Below are positions 9,212 to 21,258 of a stretch of DNA of 64,000 bases, piece by piece. Origin of the DNA: Veleropilina oligotropha (lineage: Eukaryota). Below the pieces are notes generated by a model. The model saw nothing but the letters and a program-made list of their open reading frames with translations. It was not told the origin of the DNA and did not search any database. The translations under genes were made by a program, and so were the position numbers. Location: the NCBI GenBank assembly GCA_048128005.1, contig JBEUKZ010000104.1, positions 1 to 64,000 of the forward strand. Reading direction: 5' to 3'. Position 1 is the stretch's first letter. The number at the start of each line of letters is the position of its first letter.

Positions 9212-9753
9212 TGTATATACCAGTCTCTAATAGATATTATGACACTAAGATATCGAGCCCGGTGCACGGTGAGAAATAACCGGCATGTTAGACGTTGTGT
9301 AGTTATACTTGAAAGCAACATGCCACAGGAAGACATTATTACGCTGTACAGCGAACGGAGCTTCAGGCGCGTTAAAAACCTCTTAAACCGGGGCTATAAC
9401 GTTTTGATCGTTGTACTCGACAATGGTGAACAAGCGATATATAAGAAGAAGACCAAAGACGGTAGAAAGGGAGTTGCACGAAATCAAACTCACCCCCCCT
9501 GCTACTGCTCGCATAACTGAGGAGCCCGGGCCGGCGAGGGTTGTGGGCCGTCCCTGGGGGCTCTATGTCGCTGTACACACGGTAACTTTTTTGTAATACA
9601 CGATATACCCTGGGGTCTGAAATATAGCTGGGAGCCTTCCCGGTCGCCCCGGGGCCGTAGTCTAAACTCCCCTGCTGACTAGTCCGAGCTACCCTGAGTT
9701 CTGAAATAGGGCTGGGCGCTGTATTTTCCCATTCTAAAAAGTCCAATCACCCT

Positions 9754-10002
9754 CCCTGCTGCTGAGTTGAGATCCATATTAATTCTGAAAAGTGCTGGGA
9801 GCCTTAATTTCCCTCGCCGCGCCCCCAGATAAAAGGTATGGTCACCCCCCCTCGGAACAGGTGCTGGGAGCCTTATTTTCCCATTATAAAAGGTATGATC
9901 ACCCCCTGCTGCTGAGTTGAGATCCATATTAATTCTGAAAAGTGCTGGGAGCCTTAATTTCCCTCGCCGCACCCCCAGATAAAAGGTATGGTCACCCCCC
10001 CT
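9754..10002. repeat. Subterminal direct repeats of the viral element (2 x 99 bp, period 150)
   Basis: 9754-9852 and 9904-10002 differ at one base. Sub-motif GTGCTGGGAGCCTTA occurs at 9792, 9861, 9942; ATAAAAGGTATG occurs at 9829, 9886, 9979. Confidence 0.92.
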
Positions 10003-10695
10003 GCTGCTCATGGTGATTTCGTGCGGCGATGTTGTACCAACACACCTAACTGGTGACGTTACAACCAGAATGCGGAAAGCGGATGCTGCGCGGATATCAG
10101 GTGGATTAATTATTCCGAGCTGACCATTGTTCTGAACACATCGGTAGAAGACGAGCATTTAACGAAACAGAACATTACTGAAATACATCGATTCGAGCGG
10201 TAAATGGCGTGCGTTTTCCGAAGTGCACAGTACTCGAAATAAAACGACCAATGGCTGAATTGCGAACTTGCTATCACTAATTAAAAATCTATCGTTGATC
10301 GTCGTTCAATCAACTGCAGGGGCGGATACAGGAATTTCCAAGGGGGAGGGGGGGTCGGGCCAATCCTAAAAGGGCACACAGGGCCCTTGTGATTCTCGGA
10401 ACCCTAAGTCAACGGTTGTGCGTTGTGGATGATGTTTCCCCAACGCACAAGAAAATTTTGGATTCATTCATACGAAACGGCCTCTCCTGCACTCGAAGCG
10501 TTTTATTTAATGTGAATCACTTTAGTTTTACGTCCGCGTTTTCCAGATTTCAGGGGGGGGGGCAACTGCCCCCCCCCTGTCCTCATGGTAGCTACGGCCC
10601 TGGCACCACGAAATTAAGCCAAAAGAACATCGATCGAATACGTTTTATGAATGTACTAGAAAGGTGATATTGATCACAACAAATTCAATTCAATT

Positions 10696-13096
10696 TCAAT
10701 CGTCAAGATTATTGCGACTGAACATCTGTTTGTTGTTGACTGAAATGAACTCTTTCAGGACGGCATCAGTTTCAATTATCAGGTTCTGAAGCAAATTCAT
10801 CAAACACAGTCCTGAGAGGCGCTCTTCGCCCATTATGTTGCGGATGTAGGTCTCGACTCTCCGGAAACACCAGAACGAGCGTTCAGCTCCGGCACTGCCG
10901 ACTGGAAGTGTGCATCCAACTCTCAGTAATGCAGATATATTGGGGAATATATCTGGATCTATCTTCCTCAAACAGACGATCAGGTTTTCGGGCCGTTGGT
11001 CCTCGGAAGTGGTATTCCAGCTGTGCCGCCATTCTTTCATCTCGCTCTTTAGTGCGGTTGGTGTCGGCATATCCATCTCCCCAAAACGGAGAGACTTCGA
11101 AGACTCTTCCAATTATGTGTTGCTCATTTTTGCAATGATCACAGGGACTAATGCGAAAATATCAGCGCATGTCCTGTTTTCCACGCTGAAGCGTCTGTTC
11201 ATTTGGACTAGCAGATGGTCCAGGAAGGGAATTTGGACATTTCTCAGGAAATACGACTCAGGCGTGTCGGCTGGGGAATTATCGCGGTGACATTGTCTCC
11301 CGACGATGCGCGGCATGGACACAGTGCCCCCAACGTTCTCGCATGGCAGCTTTGCCGCAGTGAATATGTCTTGAAACTCTGAATCAACATCATCAAGCAT
11401 CCGTTGTATTCTTAAAATTGTGCTGTCGATAAGAGAGTATGGGATATAGGCATCAATGTCACTTTTCCGGAGCTTTGACGCGAGTCCTTTCACCGTTTCC
11501 AAAGTGTTCTTCACTGACAGAAACGCAACAATGAAAGCAAATGATCTCATTGTGTGCAAAAGTCCCTGAGCTTTGACTCTAGTGTCACGATCCCATTTCC
11601 AGTTTTCTCCGTCGTAAATGCCATCATGTTGGGTTGAATATAAAATGGCATCCAAGCACAAACATACAGCTTCATACAGTTCATGGAGTGTATCATAACA
11701 AGTATGGCGTTCAACCCATCGCGTCTTGCAAAGACCTTGCAATTTGATTTTTGACGAAGAGTTCTGCGATGCGGCGATAGTCTTTTCAAGAAATCTGTCG
11801 TTTCGGTGAGTTGTAAAAAAATAGAAAACATTCGTTGACTGAATCGATCATATTCCGATCAGCTGGAATTTGACATGCCGTGGCAATACTCAAATTGAGC
11901 ACGTGACTCTTGCAGTGTGTATACAGGGCAAGAGGGGCGATTGCCTTGATGCGACCATGGACACCAGTTCCTTCCGATGACATACATGATGCTCCATCAT
12001 ATGACTGCCCACGGCATTTCGTCACATCAACGCCACGCTTCTTCAGTGATTGTAGAATGCCGTTAGCTATGGATTCGCCTGTTGTTCTATCCAGAAAGTG
12101 AAATTCGAAGAATCTCTCTTCGATTGTATGTCTCTCATTAACGTATCGGAGGCAGATAGTCAGAACCTCCTGATTCGCGTACTGATCAGTGACCTCATCA
12201 GCCATGATTGAGAAAACAGCACAGTCAGACTGGAGGCAGGCAACGAGTTTACTACGGATTTGATGACCGATTATCTCGATCAGCTCGTTTTGGATTGTCT
12301 TCGATGTATACTGTGCGTTCCTATTTCCAAATGGGCTTGGAGAATGTCATCATGAGCAGCGATGAGTTCCAATATGGCACGGAAATTACCACGATTTTGT
12401 GCAGTGCTAGTGTTGTCGTCTCTGTGACCTCTCAATGCAATATTCTGTCGCCCACAAAGTAGAACTGTCTGGATTATTGACTGTAAAATATGAATGTTTG
12501 CTGCGTAGAGCCTTTTCCTTTGTTCAGACATTGCACATTCAATCGAACGAGCAGGGTCGTTGACAGTCATCATAAGTTCTCTAGACGAGTCCACTGCTTC
12601 TTTGTGGAACTGAAGTTGCGCATGTTTGTCAAGTATGCCACGATCACTACCTTTGGCTTTTTTTATAATCCTGGAATGGTCGATCCACCAGTTGTCCAGG
12701 GCCCAGTTTCGGATTTTTCGGAGGGAAGAGAACGCAGTATTTACATAGTCCACCCTCCAATAATGGACTGTAAACTAGCCAGGAATATTGTTTCAACCAA
12801 TTGTATTGGAAAGTTAGTTTCTTCACATCGCTATTTTCAACCTTCTTGAAGATGAACTGCTTATGAAACATGTAAGTCGTGCTAGGCTTAAAGTGATTGT
12901 TCAGAATATACATTTTCTCCTCCACGGTGAGGCGGTCACCGGTACCTTTTGAAACCACTTCCCCCAGGTCAACAATACCCGTCGTCGTCATCGCAGTGCC
13001 ATCAGAAGATTTGGAATTGGCGGAAGAGTAACCGACAGGTTCCACAGTTGCATCAGAGCCGCTAGGAGTGACCGACGACTGCGCGACAGGCTCCAC
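10696..13096 (-). pseudogene. hAT transposase (ZMYM1/PRKRIR-like: TTF zinc finger, DUF4371, hAT dimerisation domain), frameshifted
   Basis: Five ORF pieces: WLVYSPLLEGGLCKYC; RQNIALRGH..GNFRAIL; MADEVTD..CRGQSYDGAS..HCKSHVLNL; CKTRWVERH; TLPVGSAGAERSF..MGEERLSGL. Confidence 0.9.
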
Positions 13097-13176
13097 AGTT
13101 CCATCAGAGCCGCTAGGAGTGACCGACGAGTGGGCGACTGGTTCCTCTGTTCCACCAGAGCCCTAGGAGTGACCGT
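13033..13176. repeat. ~51-bp tandem repeat (about 3 copies) at the transposase 5' end
   Basis: Repeated ACAGGTTCCACAGTTGCATCAGAGCCGCTAGGAGTGACCGACG units. Confidence 0.75.
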
Positions 13177-13353
13177 AGCGTAGTGCGTAGCTGTAGCAGT
13201 CGCTTGACGAGACGACCTGTAACGAAAATGGTTGATAACCATGGTCCCCAACGCACAACCGTTGACTTAGGGTTCCGATAATCACATGGGCCCTGGGTGC
13301 CCTTTTGGGATTGGCCCGACCCCCCACTTTCGAAATTCATGGATCCGCCCCTG

Positions 13354-16300
13354 TCCTTCCATGAGTTTCGAGAGAGGGCTCTTTCATGGTTAGAAGATTC
13401 CAAAGAAGTTTCAGCCAACTCAGAATCTACGTTTGGAGGCAATTCTAAGTAACAATATGAGAACAACAAAAACAGATTACGGAACAAAATTCTACAGTTC
13501 AAATACAAAAGCCAACGGTCACCAACAATAGGATTTGGATGTGGCCGGGCGCTGATCGTTTTGGGGTAGAAGTTTCAACCATGGGCAAGGAAGAGCATAT
13601 CGACGTTCTTCGAGAGGAGGCTATTCAAACAGTTACAGGGAACAGATTCTAATCAGCCTGCTTCAGCCGAAAATTCACACCAGTCTACAAATTCGAAATT
13701 GGAGAACCAGATAATATGCCATTACTGCCAAGGAGTAAACCACATTCAAAGACATTGCTGGAAGAAATAGAGAGATCAGAAGTCTGGACAATATCAAAAT
13801 CCAAGTCGAACGTTAAACTACGACCACCCAAGTCGGGCTTGAGTGAAGGGATATTGTATGACTCCAAGATCTAAAGACAGATGTGCAGTCCACGAAGATG
13901 TTGTTGAAGCGAAGATTGCTGGAATTTCTGTCAAATGTTTATCTGATTTGGGTTCACTGGTAAGCACTATCAACAAAGATTTGTATAATAAATTGTACAA
14001 GAAAACATCATGGTTGATTGTCGATCATGGGTGGAACTAACGGCTGCAAATGGTCGAGACATTCCACTTATAGGACTCTTGATATGCGACCTTCAATTAT
14101 ATGATTACACTTTTAATGATGTACATATTCTCGTGGCGAAAAATCCAGGTGATCCAAAGTTTACCAACCACAAGTCAAAGGTACCGGGGGCAATTGGATG
14201 CAATATCATATGGCAGATGTATAACAGCATCATTACGACGTGTGGATCGCTGCGACAAAACTCGACACAACTTGCCTCATTTCAAGAAGAACTTAGAGTT
14301 TATGAAACAAAGAAAGTCTTCAGAGAGAAAATTGAAGCTAAACTTAAGTTTTCATCAAGACCCCTTCATCTCGTTTTATTGTTCCAGCGGATTCAGTGGT
14401 ACAGGTTACAGGAACAACTCGTCGCCTACCAGATGGTTACCTAGTTATGGTTGAGCCGATTGCAGGTTTGCCTACGGGATTGTTAGTAACATCGTCTGTC
14501 AGCAACGCATGTCAAAGTCAAGTTTTATTAGAAGTTCAAAACTGTATGACACAAGACATTCATTTCAAGCGACCAACACGGATTGCTAAGATTTCGAGTT
14601 GCTATGATATAGTTTCACAACGAAGGCTAGAAGTTATTGTTAATCAAGAACAAACAGAATTTCAAATTTCATCAAATGGTTACGAATGCCAGGTATCTGA
14701 AAAGGACTGACGAATTGCCGCCTAATATGGAAATGTCAACATGTCTGCATTGGAAAAAACAACGCTTAAATCGTCTATTCCATACATATTCTGACGTTAT
14801 CAGCCATGATGGAAATGATATTGGATACATCGAAACAGTAGAATACAAAATTACAACTACAGATGATATCCATGTAAAACTATCAGATCGTAGAATACCT
14901 CCACAATTAGCTTGGGAAATTAAGCGCATTCTAGATGACTGGTTACAATTGAGCATCATCAAGGAGAGTAATAGTCCTTTTGCCTCACGATAGTTCCTAT
15001 TAGGAAGAAGTCCGGGGGAAATTCTGTTATGTGTAGATATTCGCCATCTCAACAATAAAACAGTGAAAGATGTATTATCTATACTCAAAATAGACGAGTG
15101 TGTGGAAGCGCCGAGTGGAGCTCGTTGCTTTTCATCATTGTATTTGACACGTTATTTTCAAGTCAAGATGAACGAAGACGACAGCCACAAAACGGCGTTT
15201 CGAGCATTGGGTTTGCTGTATGAATTTCAATGATTAACTCTTGGATTGTGTACCAGTCCAGCGGCATTTATGCGGTTGATGGGAAGATGTTTTGGTCATC
15301 TGTACAAGAAAGGGCTCGCCGTGCACATACTTAGATGACATTTTAATCTACAGTTCAACTATTAGTGAAATGATTGATCTCTTAGAAACTGTATTTCCCA
15401 TTCTTCAGCTTCATGGATTAAATCTGCGTCCAGGAGAATGTCATTTTTGGGACACTGTATCGGCAAAGGGTATAGAAGTCGATTGCAACAAGATAGAAGC
15501 GTTCAAGAAACCGACAATAGAAAGACAACTTCGACAGTTCCTGGGACTTGCCAGTTATTTTTGACGATTCATCAAAGTGTTTTCACAAATTGCTGCACCT
15601 TCACATGATCCAAGAAGACACTCGACACGTCATTTGTAAAGAAATGAAATGTTCAGGGTGATGTCGCATTCGAGACCCCGAAGGAAAAGAAAGTTACTTC
15701 ACCCCCCCCCCCCCCCCCCCGATGTTGATGTTCCAGATTTCAACTTACCTTTCTTTCTGGAAGTTGATGCTTGCATCAATGGGTTTGGAGCAATTTTAAC
15801 ACAGAAACAGAGAGGGAAACAAGTGGTGATTGCTTATGCAAGCAGAAGACTACGAAACAACGAGAAGACTATGAAGGGATATAGCTATAAAATGATATTA
15901 GAGTTCTTGGCATTACATTGGGCAGTCACGAAGAAATTTCGAGATTACTTGTACGGGGCAGAGTTCGTGATTAAGACATATAACCACCCATTGAGTAAGA
16001 TGATCACAACAAAACAGACTGCTGCCTATATCAGCAAAATAGCTGACCTAACAGATTTCAACGTCACCATAGTCTTAGAGTTTAGATCTGAGAAAGTGAA
16101 TAAAGATGCAGATGCCCTGAGCCGAAATCCAATCGATGAAGTCGACATTATTCAGCACCAAGAACACCTACCATGTATTTGCAACAAGAAAAGCTGCCCA
16201 CAGATACCAGTAGACCTGACTATGAAGATCTGCAAACAATTGCTGAGTCCAGAAGCTGACCTACATGGATTACGCCAAAGTATCCACTTTTTTTGCATTA

Positions 16301-17038
16301 ATGTATACGATACTCCAGATCTGCATCATTTGCAGAAAGAAATAAGACTCCGAATTATCAAAGGCCATTGCCTTTCTTCAGGCTAGTTCTAGTAAACCAC
16401 AACTTAAACAATATCAGCATGATGGCATTGAAACGAAGAAGTGGAATCAACTCTAGCTCATTAACGACATTTTGTATAGGGTAGTATCAATTGATGGTAC
16501 TTCGAAGAATTTGATAATCGTGCCGATGTCCATGCGAACTATGATTCTCCACCATTTACATGACTTGTCGGGACATCAGGGAATCGAGAGAATTGTATCA
16601 TTGATCAGACAGAGAGCATATTGGCCGACGATCCAGAAGAATGTAGAAAATTATTGCCATGGGTGTAAACGTTGTGTACTCTTCAAGGTGCCGTTACCGA
16701 CGAGTAAAACTCCAATGCTCCACCTGCTAGCATCGCGTCCGTTAGAAGTTGTTGCCATCGACAATACCATGCTGGAGAAATCTTCATCAGGGTTAGAAAA
16801 CGTCTTAGTGATGACAGATATTTTCACTAAGTTTACAGTTTCTGTTCCAACAGGAAACCAAACAGCAATAACGACAGCGAAGTGCTTGGTTAAATATTTC
16901 TTCAACGTTCTGGGTATACCGGAGAGGCTACACAGTGATCGCGGTGGAAGTTTTGAAAATGAAATTATCGAAGAGCTTTGCGGTCTGTATAAAGTTTCAA
17001 AATCGAAGACCAGTCCATATCATCTGCAAGGAAACTAG
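13354..17038 (+). pseudogene. Decayed Ty3/Gypsy LTR-retrotransposon pol (protease, RT, RNase H, integrase)
   Basis: Degenerate protease CLSDLGSLVSTI, RT YLDDILIYS, RNase H LEVDACINGFGAIL..VIAYASR, integrase H..GHQG..CHGCKRC, VAIDNT, LHSDRGGSFE. Many stops and frameshifts; truncated at SPYHLQGN; no LTRs found. Confidence 0.9.
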
Positions 17039-17211
17039 TCGTGCAACCAGTCGTGTGATCTTTCATTGGTTGAAAGGTCAGCTGTGCGACCAATCCTGTG
17101 ACCTCACATTGGTTGCACGATCGACTAGTGGTGCCACTAGTTGGGAGTATATATGCGTGTGGTGGTTCTGGGGTCATTTCATTCTTATTGGTAGTATGTG
17201 GAGAGAACATC

Positions 17212-18120
17212 ATGGTGTATATACCACCCGAAATGCTGCAGACGATGCGTATACAGTTGCAACAACAACAACAGCAGGATGCTGTTAAATTGGCAATGTT
17301 GTTGAGGCAAAGAAATCAGAGAGACAGAGGAAATTAGAAATGTGTCCACGGGACACGAATGCCCCCACTGGCAGCCTTGACCATAGGGGCAGTGTACAAA
17401 GTATCAAGTCAATCCATGAAGGCAAATAGAAGTTATAGCAGATTGGAGTTGCTTACACGCAAATACTGGTTTCGGGACGGACGGGACGGACGGACGGACG
17501 GGACGGACAAGAGTAAATCTAAATGCCACCCCAATAAATTGGTGGTGGCATAAAAATCAGTATATAGTCACAGCCTGTGTTACTCATTCAGAGTGCCACA
17601 TATCATTATATCTGGCGTGATGAGAGAAATTTCTGCAGACATTCTATCAGAATATGAGGAAAAAGTGTTGGACTTCCAAACAACACTCATGACGACAGAG
17701 GCATGCCATACTTCCATGTCGGTTATGACGCCTCCCCCCTCCGCACCTGGATGACGAAGCCCTTCTCCAATCGCATCATGGTTGCTGGAGAGTGCATCTA
17801 AAACTACAGACTGTCCAGGGCCCGGTGCATTGCGCAGAATGCCTTCGGTATAATTAACAGAAAAGATGGCAGTGTATGTCGACCGCAATGCGGGAGACTA
17901 CGAGACAATGATGTCCATCGTAAGCGCCTGTTTGTCTTCGCAACCTTGTGCAGTTGATGTATACTGGTCTACAGAACTGTAACGTGGACAGAGAGTTGGA
18001 GGACCATAACATAATCCATGATGCGTGGAGTAACACCGTTAGAGGCAATCAAGCCACCAGAGAACAAGGGCATATCAGCCACTATTACAATAATATTGGC
18101 TGTGTCCCCTAGCAGACCAT
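17212..18120 (+). pseudogene. PIF/Harbinger transposase (HARBI1-like) remnant, interrupted by a HINE
   Basis: Manual translation gives SFRVPHIIISGVMREI, PYFHVGYDA and YRLSRARCIAQNAFGII, degenerate versions of the DDE_Tnp_4 motifs. Confidence 0.7.
17334..17556 (-). mobile_element. Short Helentron-associated non-autonomous element (HINE/DINE-1-like), family A
   Basis: Terminal hairpin ATGCCACC..GGTGGCAT-AAAAA, (GGAC)n microsatellite, subTIR ATGCCCC, GTGTCC-GGACAC stem. Near-identical copy at 49706-49912. Confidence 0.75.
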
Positions 18121-19519
18121 GTGTTATATGTGCTATGAACTCGGTTTTCGAACATCTTTAGGATTTGCTAACAATTTGCCCGTATTTTAATTTCAAAATT
18201 TGCGAAAGACAATACTATGGGCAGCCAAAAGGGTATAAAATACGTTAAAACCAAATAAAAGATCATAGTAACAATTAACAGTCATCAATGGTCAAACGAA
18301 CGGTCATCAATGCTTATACGAACAGCCTAAATTATATCCAACAGTCACCGAATCAAAACAAACAGCCTAAAATTAATCCAACAGTCATAAATGGTCTAAC
18401 GAACGGTCATCGATGTTCATACGAACAGCCAAAAATGCATCCAACAGTCACCGAATCAAAACAGTCATCACCCCAATCCCAGTCTACACCCTACCTCTCT
18501 TTCTCCCTCACTCTGTTCCCCATCCCCCACCGCTCTCACAACCCCACTTCTCTTCCTATCACACTGCTCCCCAGCTCTCTTCCACATCACCCTCTCGCAA
18601 TACCCCACTCTCCCCAGCTCATCATCTCTCTCCATCTCCCTCCCCCACCTCTCTCAATGTCACGTATGGTGCTATATTGTAGCAAAATGTCGCGTATTGC
18701 TTTTGTGTAAATCTAGTTGTATCGACGTAAAATGTCGCGTGTTGGATTGTGTTATGATTAAATATCACATATTGCGGGTATTTTGTGAGAAAATGTAGTG
18801 TCCATATCGAAATGTTTTGTAGTAAGATGTCAAGATTTGATTTGTAAATTTTCTAGTGTTGTGTTTAATTATACCAGTTCTTTTCTCGCAGTTTTCCAAG
18901 ACCCTGTATCCCACACACCTGATCAATATCTCATATGTGATAGAGTGAGAAACGATAATTCACTCTGCCTGGAGAATGACACCTGATATGAATCGGAAAA
19001 CGTCTCCTGCTTATATATTCAAAATCATCACATCACTATGTATAATAATGACATCACACTGAATGATTCAATAGTTCGCAAGACACCGACAACTAATGTT
19101 TTGCCTTCTGAGTTATATACTATTTGCCAGATGCATTTCTGTAATTTTTAATATCATGATCTGTTACTTCGATAAATGCAGTAAAAACGAACACGCTTTG
19201 ATAGTGACTTAGTATATAAGATTGTCATTTGTAATAAATTTGATAATACATTTTTGACGTTCCCCAACAAATGTATCGTGACAGAATTACAGCCAAGTTA
19301 CCTTACATCTGTACACTGTCATTCAAAAGATTAACAAAACTGTTGCATTTGAAATAAAAGAATCATTTAATGATTAATAGTAATAATACAATAAAATAGC
19401 AACAATAACAACAATTATATATCAACAGTCATGAACAATTAAAAATATAATGTTCAATAACTAAATAAATTAACAGCATGATGGAATTACATTCCAAGAA
19501 TGTGACAGAATTACTGCAT

Positions 19520-19666
19520 CACGCAATTCCATCACAAACATATCAAACTGACCAAATAATGTCATGTCCAAACCGAGGTTCGAACCCACTACTGTTCATG
19601 TCAGCAGAATCAAGCCAGTGATTTTCTGAGTCTGCATCCGAAACTACACGACTGTCGGAGCGGCCT
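19520..19666 (-). mobile_element. tRNA-derived SINE family 2, 5' fragment
   Basis: Shares ...GAACCCACTACTGTTC...GCGGCCT with the copies at 43225 and 61216. Confidence 0.6.
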
Positions 19667-19734
19667 TAATGAACATGAGCTCTAATGGTATGTTATACTA
19701 TGATCAATGAGTGCCCTACAATTTTGCACTCTTA

Positions 19735-20375
19735 AGCCGAAAACACATATATGCGTTAAACGGATACGTCGATGTCAATGTCAGATGGATCTGTTTGACA
19801 TGTACACATATATGCGACGGCACACTGCGTCCAAACCTTTCCGCCATGGATCTGTCCGACGATAATCATACTTATTGCATATCATCATCTACAGACAAAT
19901 AAACAAAAACATAAGATCTGCTAGCATAACTGAGGCCCAAGAACAATCTCATAATGAGGGAATTATACATGAACGAAGATAAATTTATCTTGCATCTCCG
20001 ACTGACAAGAATGCAGTTTTCGTTCGAGCTACACTTCATTGGAAATGAACTCACGAAAGTGTCTAGGTAGGCTACAGGGAGGCTATCAAACAAAAGATAA
20101 TACAAATTCCGTCTTTTTCCATATTTTACAATATCGGCCATTTACTTGGTTCGTTTTCTATGTGGTTTCCCCAGTGTTTTACGCATATGACATCTCTCCG
20201 TACAAAGGATCCGTTAACACATTGCGTTCAACATGTTGAACGCATTGCATCTAACGGTGATGGATGCGAGTAAACGCATATATGTGAACGGACATATTGA
20301 ACATATTGTGTTTAAACGGATGTGTCAAATGGATCCGTCTCACACAGACGTCGACGCATATATGTGTATTCAGCT
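19735..20375. mobile_element. Non-autonomous PIF/Harbinger-type TIR element
   Basis: TIRs AGCCGAAAACACATATATGCGT / ACGCATATATGTGTATTCAGCT, flanked by TTA on both sides. Confidence 0.7.
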
Positions 20376-20511
20376 TTAATTGGAGAAATATTTCAATAAT
20401 GACAGTTGAGAATATCCCAGATGCAATAGATCATTACCCGTTTTTATGAACTAGGCGTACGTCTAATTCAGGACTATTATGGAATAAATTGTTCATGGTT
20501 TCAAGAATCAC

Positions 20512-20946
20512 TTAGATAATAAATAGTAAATATAGATTTACTTACGTTGAAACAAAAAATTGCAAAACGATTACAACGTTTTGGTCAGTCTACTGCGGAC
20601 CTTGGTCACGTAATGACAGTTTATGACGTAGCACTCTACGTGGCAGAAGAATCGATGTGTAGACGACCGGGAGGTGGTATCCATAAAGAACACCAGAATA
20701 CTAACACGAGAAGAAGACTGGTTCAGATGCAGTGAAAGAAGCCATTTACATCAGGCAATAGAAACTCACCATGAACCGGGACCTGGGCTATCACCTCCTG
20801 GCCGTCTACACATCGATTCTTCTGCCACGTAGAGCACTAGGTCATTACGTGATCAAAGTCTGCAGTAGACGGACCGAAACGTCGTAATCGTTTTGCAATT
20901 GTTTGTTTCAAAGTAAGTAAATCTATATTTACTATTTATTATCTAA
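20512..20946 (+). mobile_element. Penelope-like retroelement 3' fragment with inverted pseudo-LTR
   Basis: ~165-bp inverted arms (20512-20680 and 20789-20946) around a GIY-YIG C-terminal remnant RILTREEDWFR/VKEAIYIRQ..MNRDLGYHL. Confidence 0.75.
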
Positions 20947-21258
20947 TCCACGACTAGTTTACCATAGTCCAAGTCAACCGACATTCTTTTGGTTGCACCA
21001 CTTTCAAATTGCTTCCTACTCTTTTGGGGTGGCCTTGGAAACAAGGCGTAATGCAGGCCAGAACTGTCCTATGCCACTCTCCTAAAACACAATCAACTGT
21101 GTAGTACTTGAACTAGTCCTGGACTACACCTATGGTTTAAAAAAACGGACGCAGGTGTCTAACTCACAAGGTGATCCTAAATTTGGGTGAATCTATTAAA
21201 AATCAAGTGATCTTCCAAGATGTCATCTTGTACTGCAAATGCTGAAAATGTTTAAACA

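Larger units (their letters stand above)
1..10008. mobile_element. Endogenous Polinton/Maverick-like (adintovirus/PLV-type) DNA virus, right portion; left end lies outside the window
   Basis: Compact, intronless, GC-rich block of uninterrupted ORFs (capsid-like, A32 ATPase, rve integrase, PolB-helicase). It ends in a repeat-rich non-coding region finishing ...CCCCCCCTGCTGCT. The exact right boundary is inferred. Confidence 0.88.
10317..13353 (-). mobile_element. hAT-superfamily DNA transposon with ~105-bp TIRs, decayed
   Basis: TIR CAGGGGCGGATACAGGAATTTC... at 10317-10425 matches the inverted copy at 13249-13353 and encloses transposase fragments. No TSD visible. Confidence 0.85.

Noticed and set aside
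9238..9520. Plus-strand basic ORF near the viral end
   Set aside because: Could be a real small viral gene, but has no motif or other support.
9679..10158. 159-aa minus-strand ORF
   Set aside because: Translation of the terminal direct repeats, and it crosses the inferred element boundary.
10009..10316. LTR or primer-binding site of the downstream Gypsy element
   Set aside because: TGGTG motifs are present, but there is no second LTR copy or clear tRNA complementarity.
18288..18710. 140-aa Pro/Ser-rich ORF
   Set aside because: Arises from short tandem repeats and a pyrimidine-rich low-complexity tract.
20962..21081. Possible further minus-strand exon (ttttag|...|gtaaac)
   Set aside because: Splice-like ends, but the translation has no recognisable similarity.
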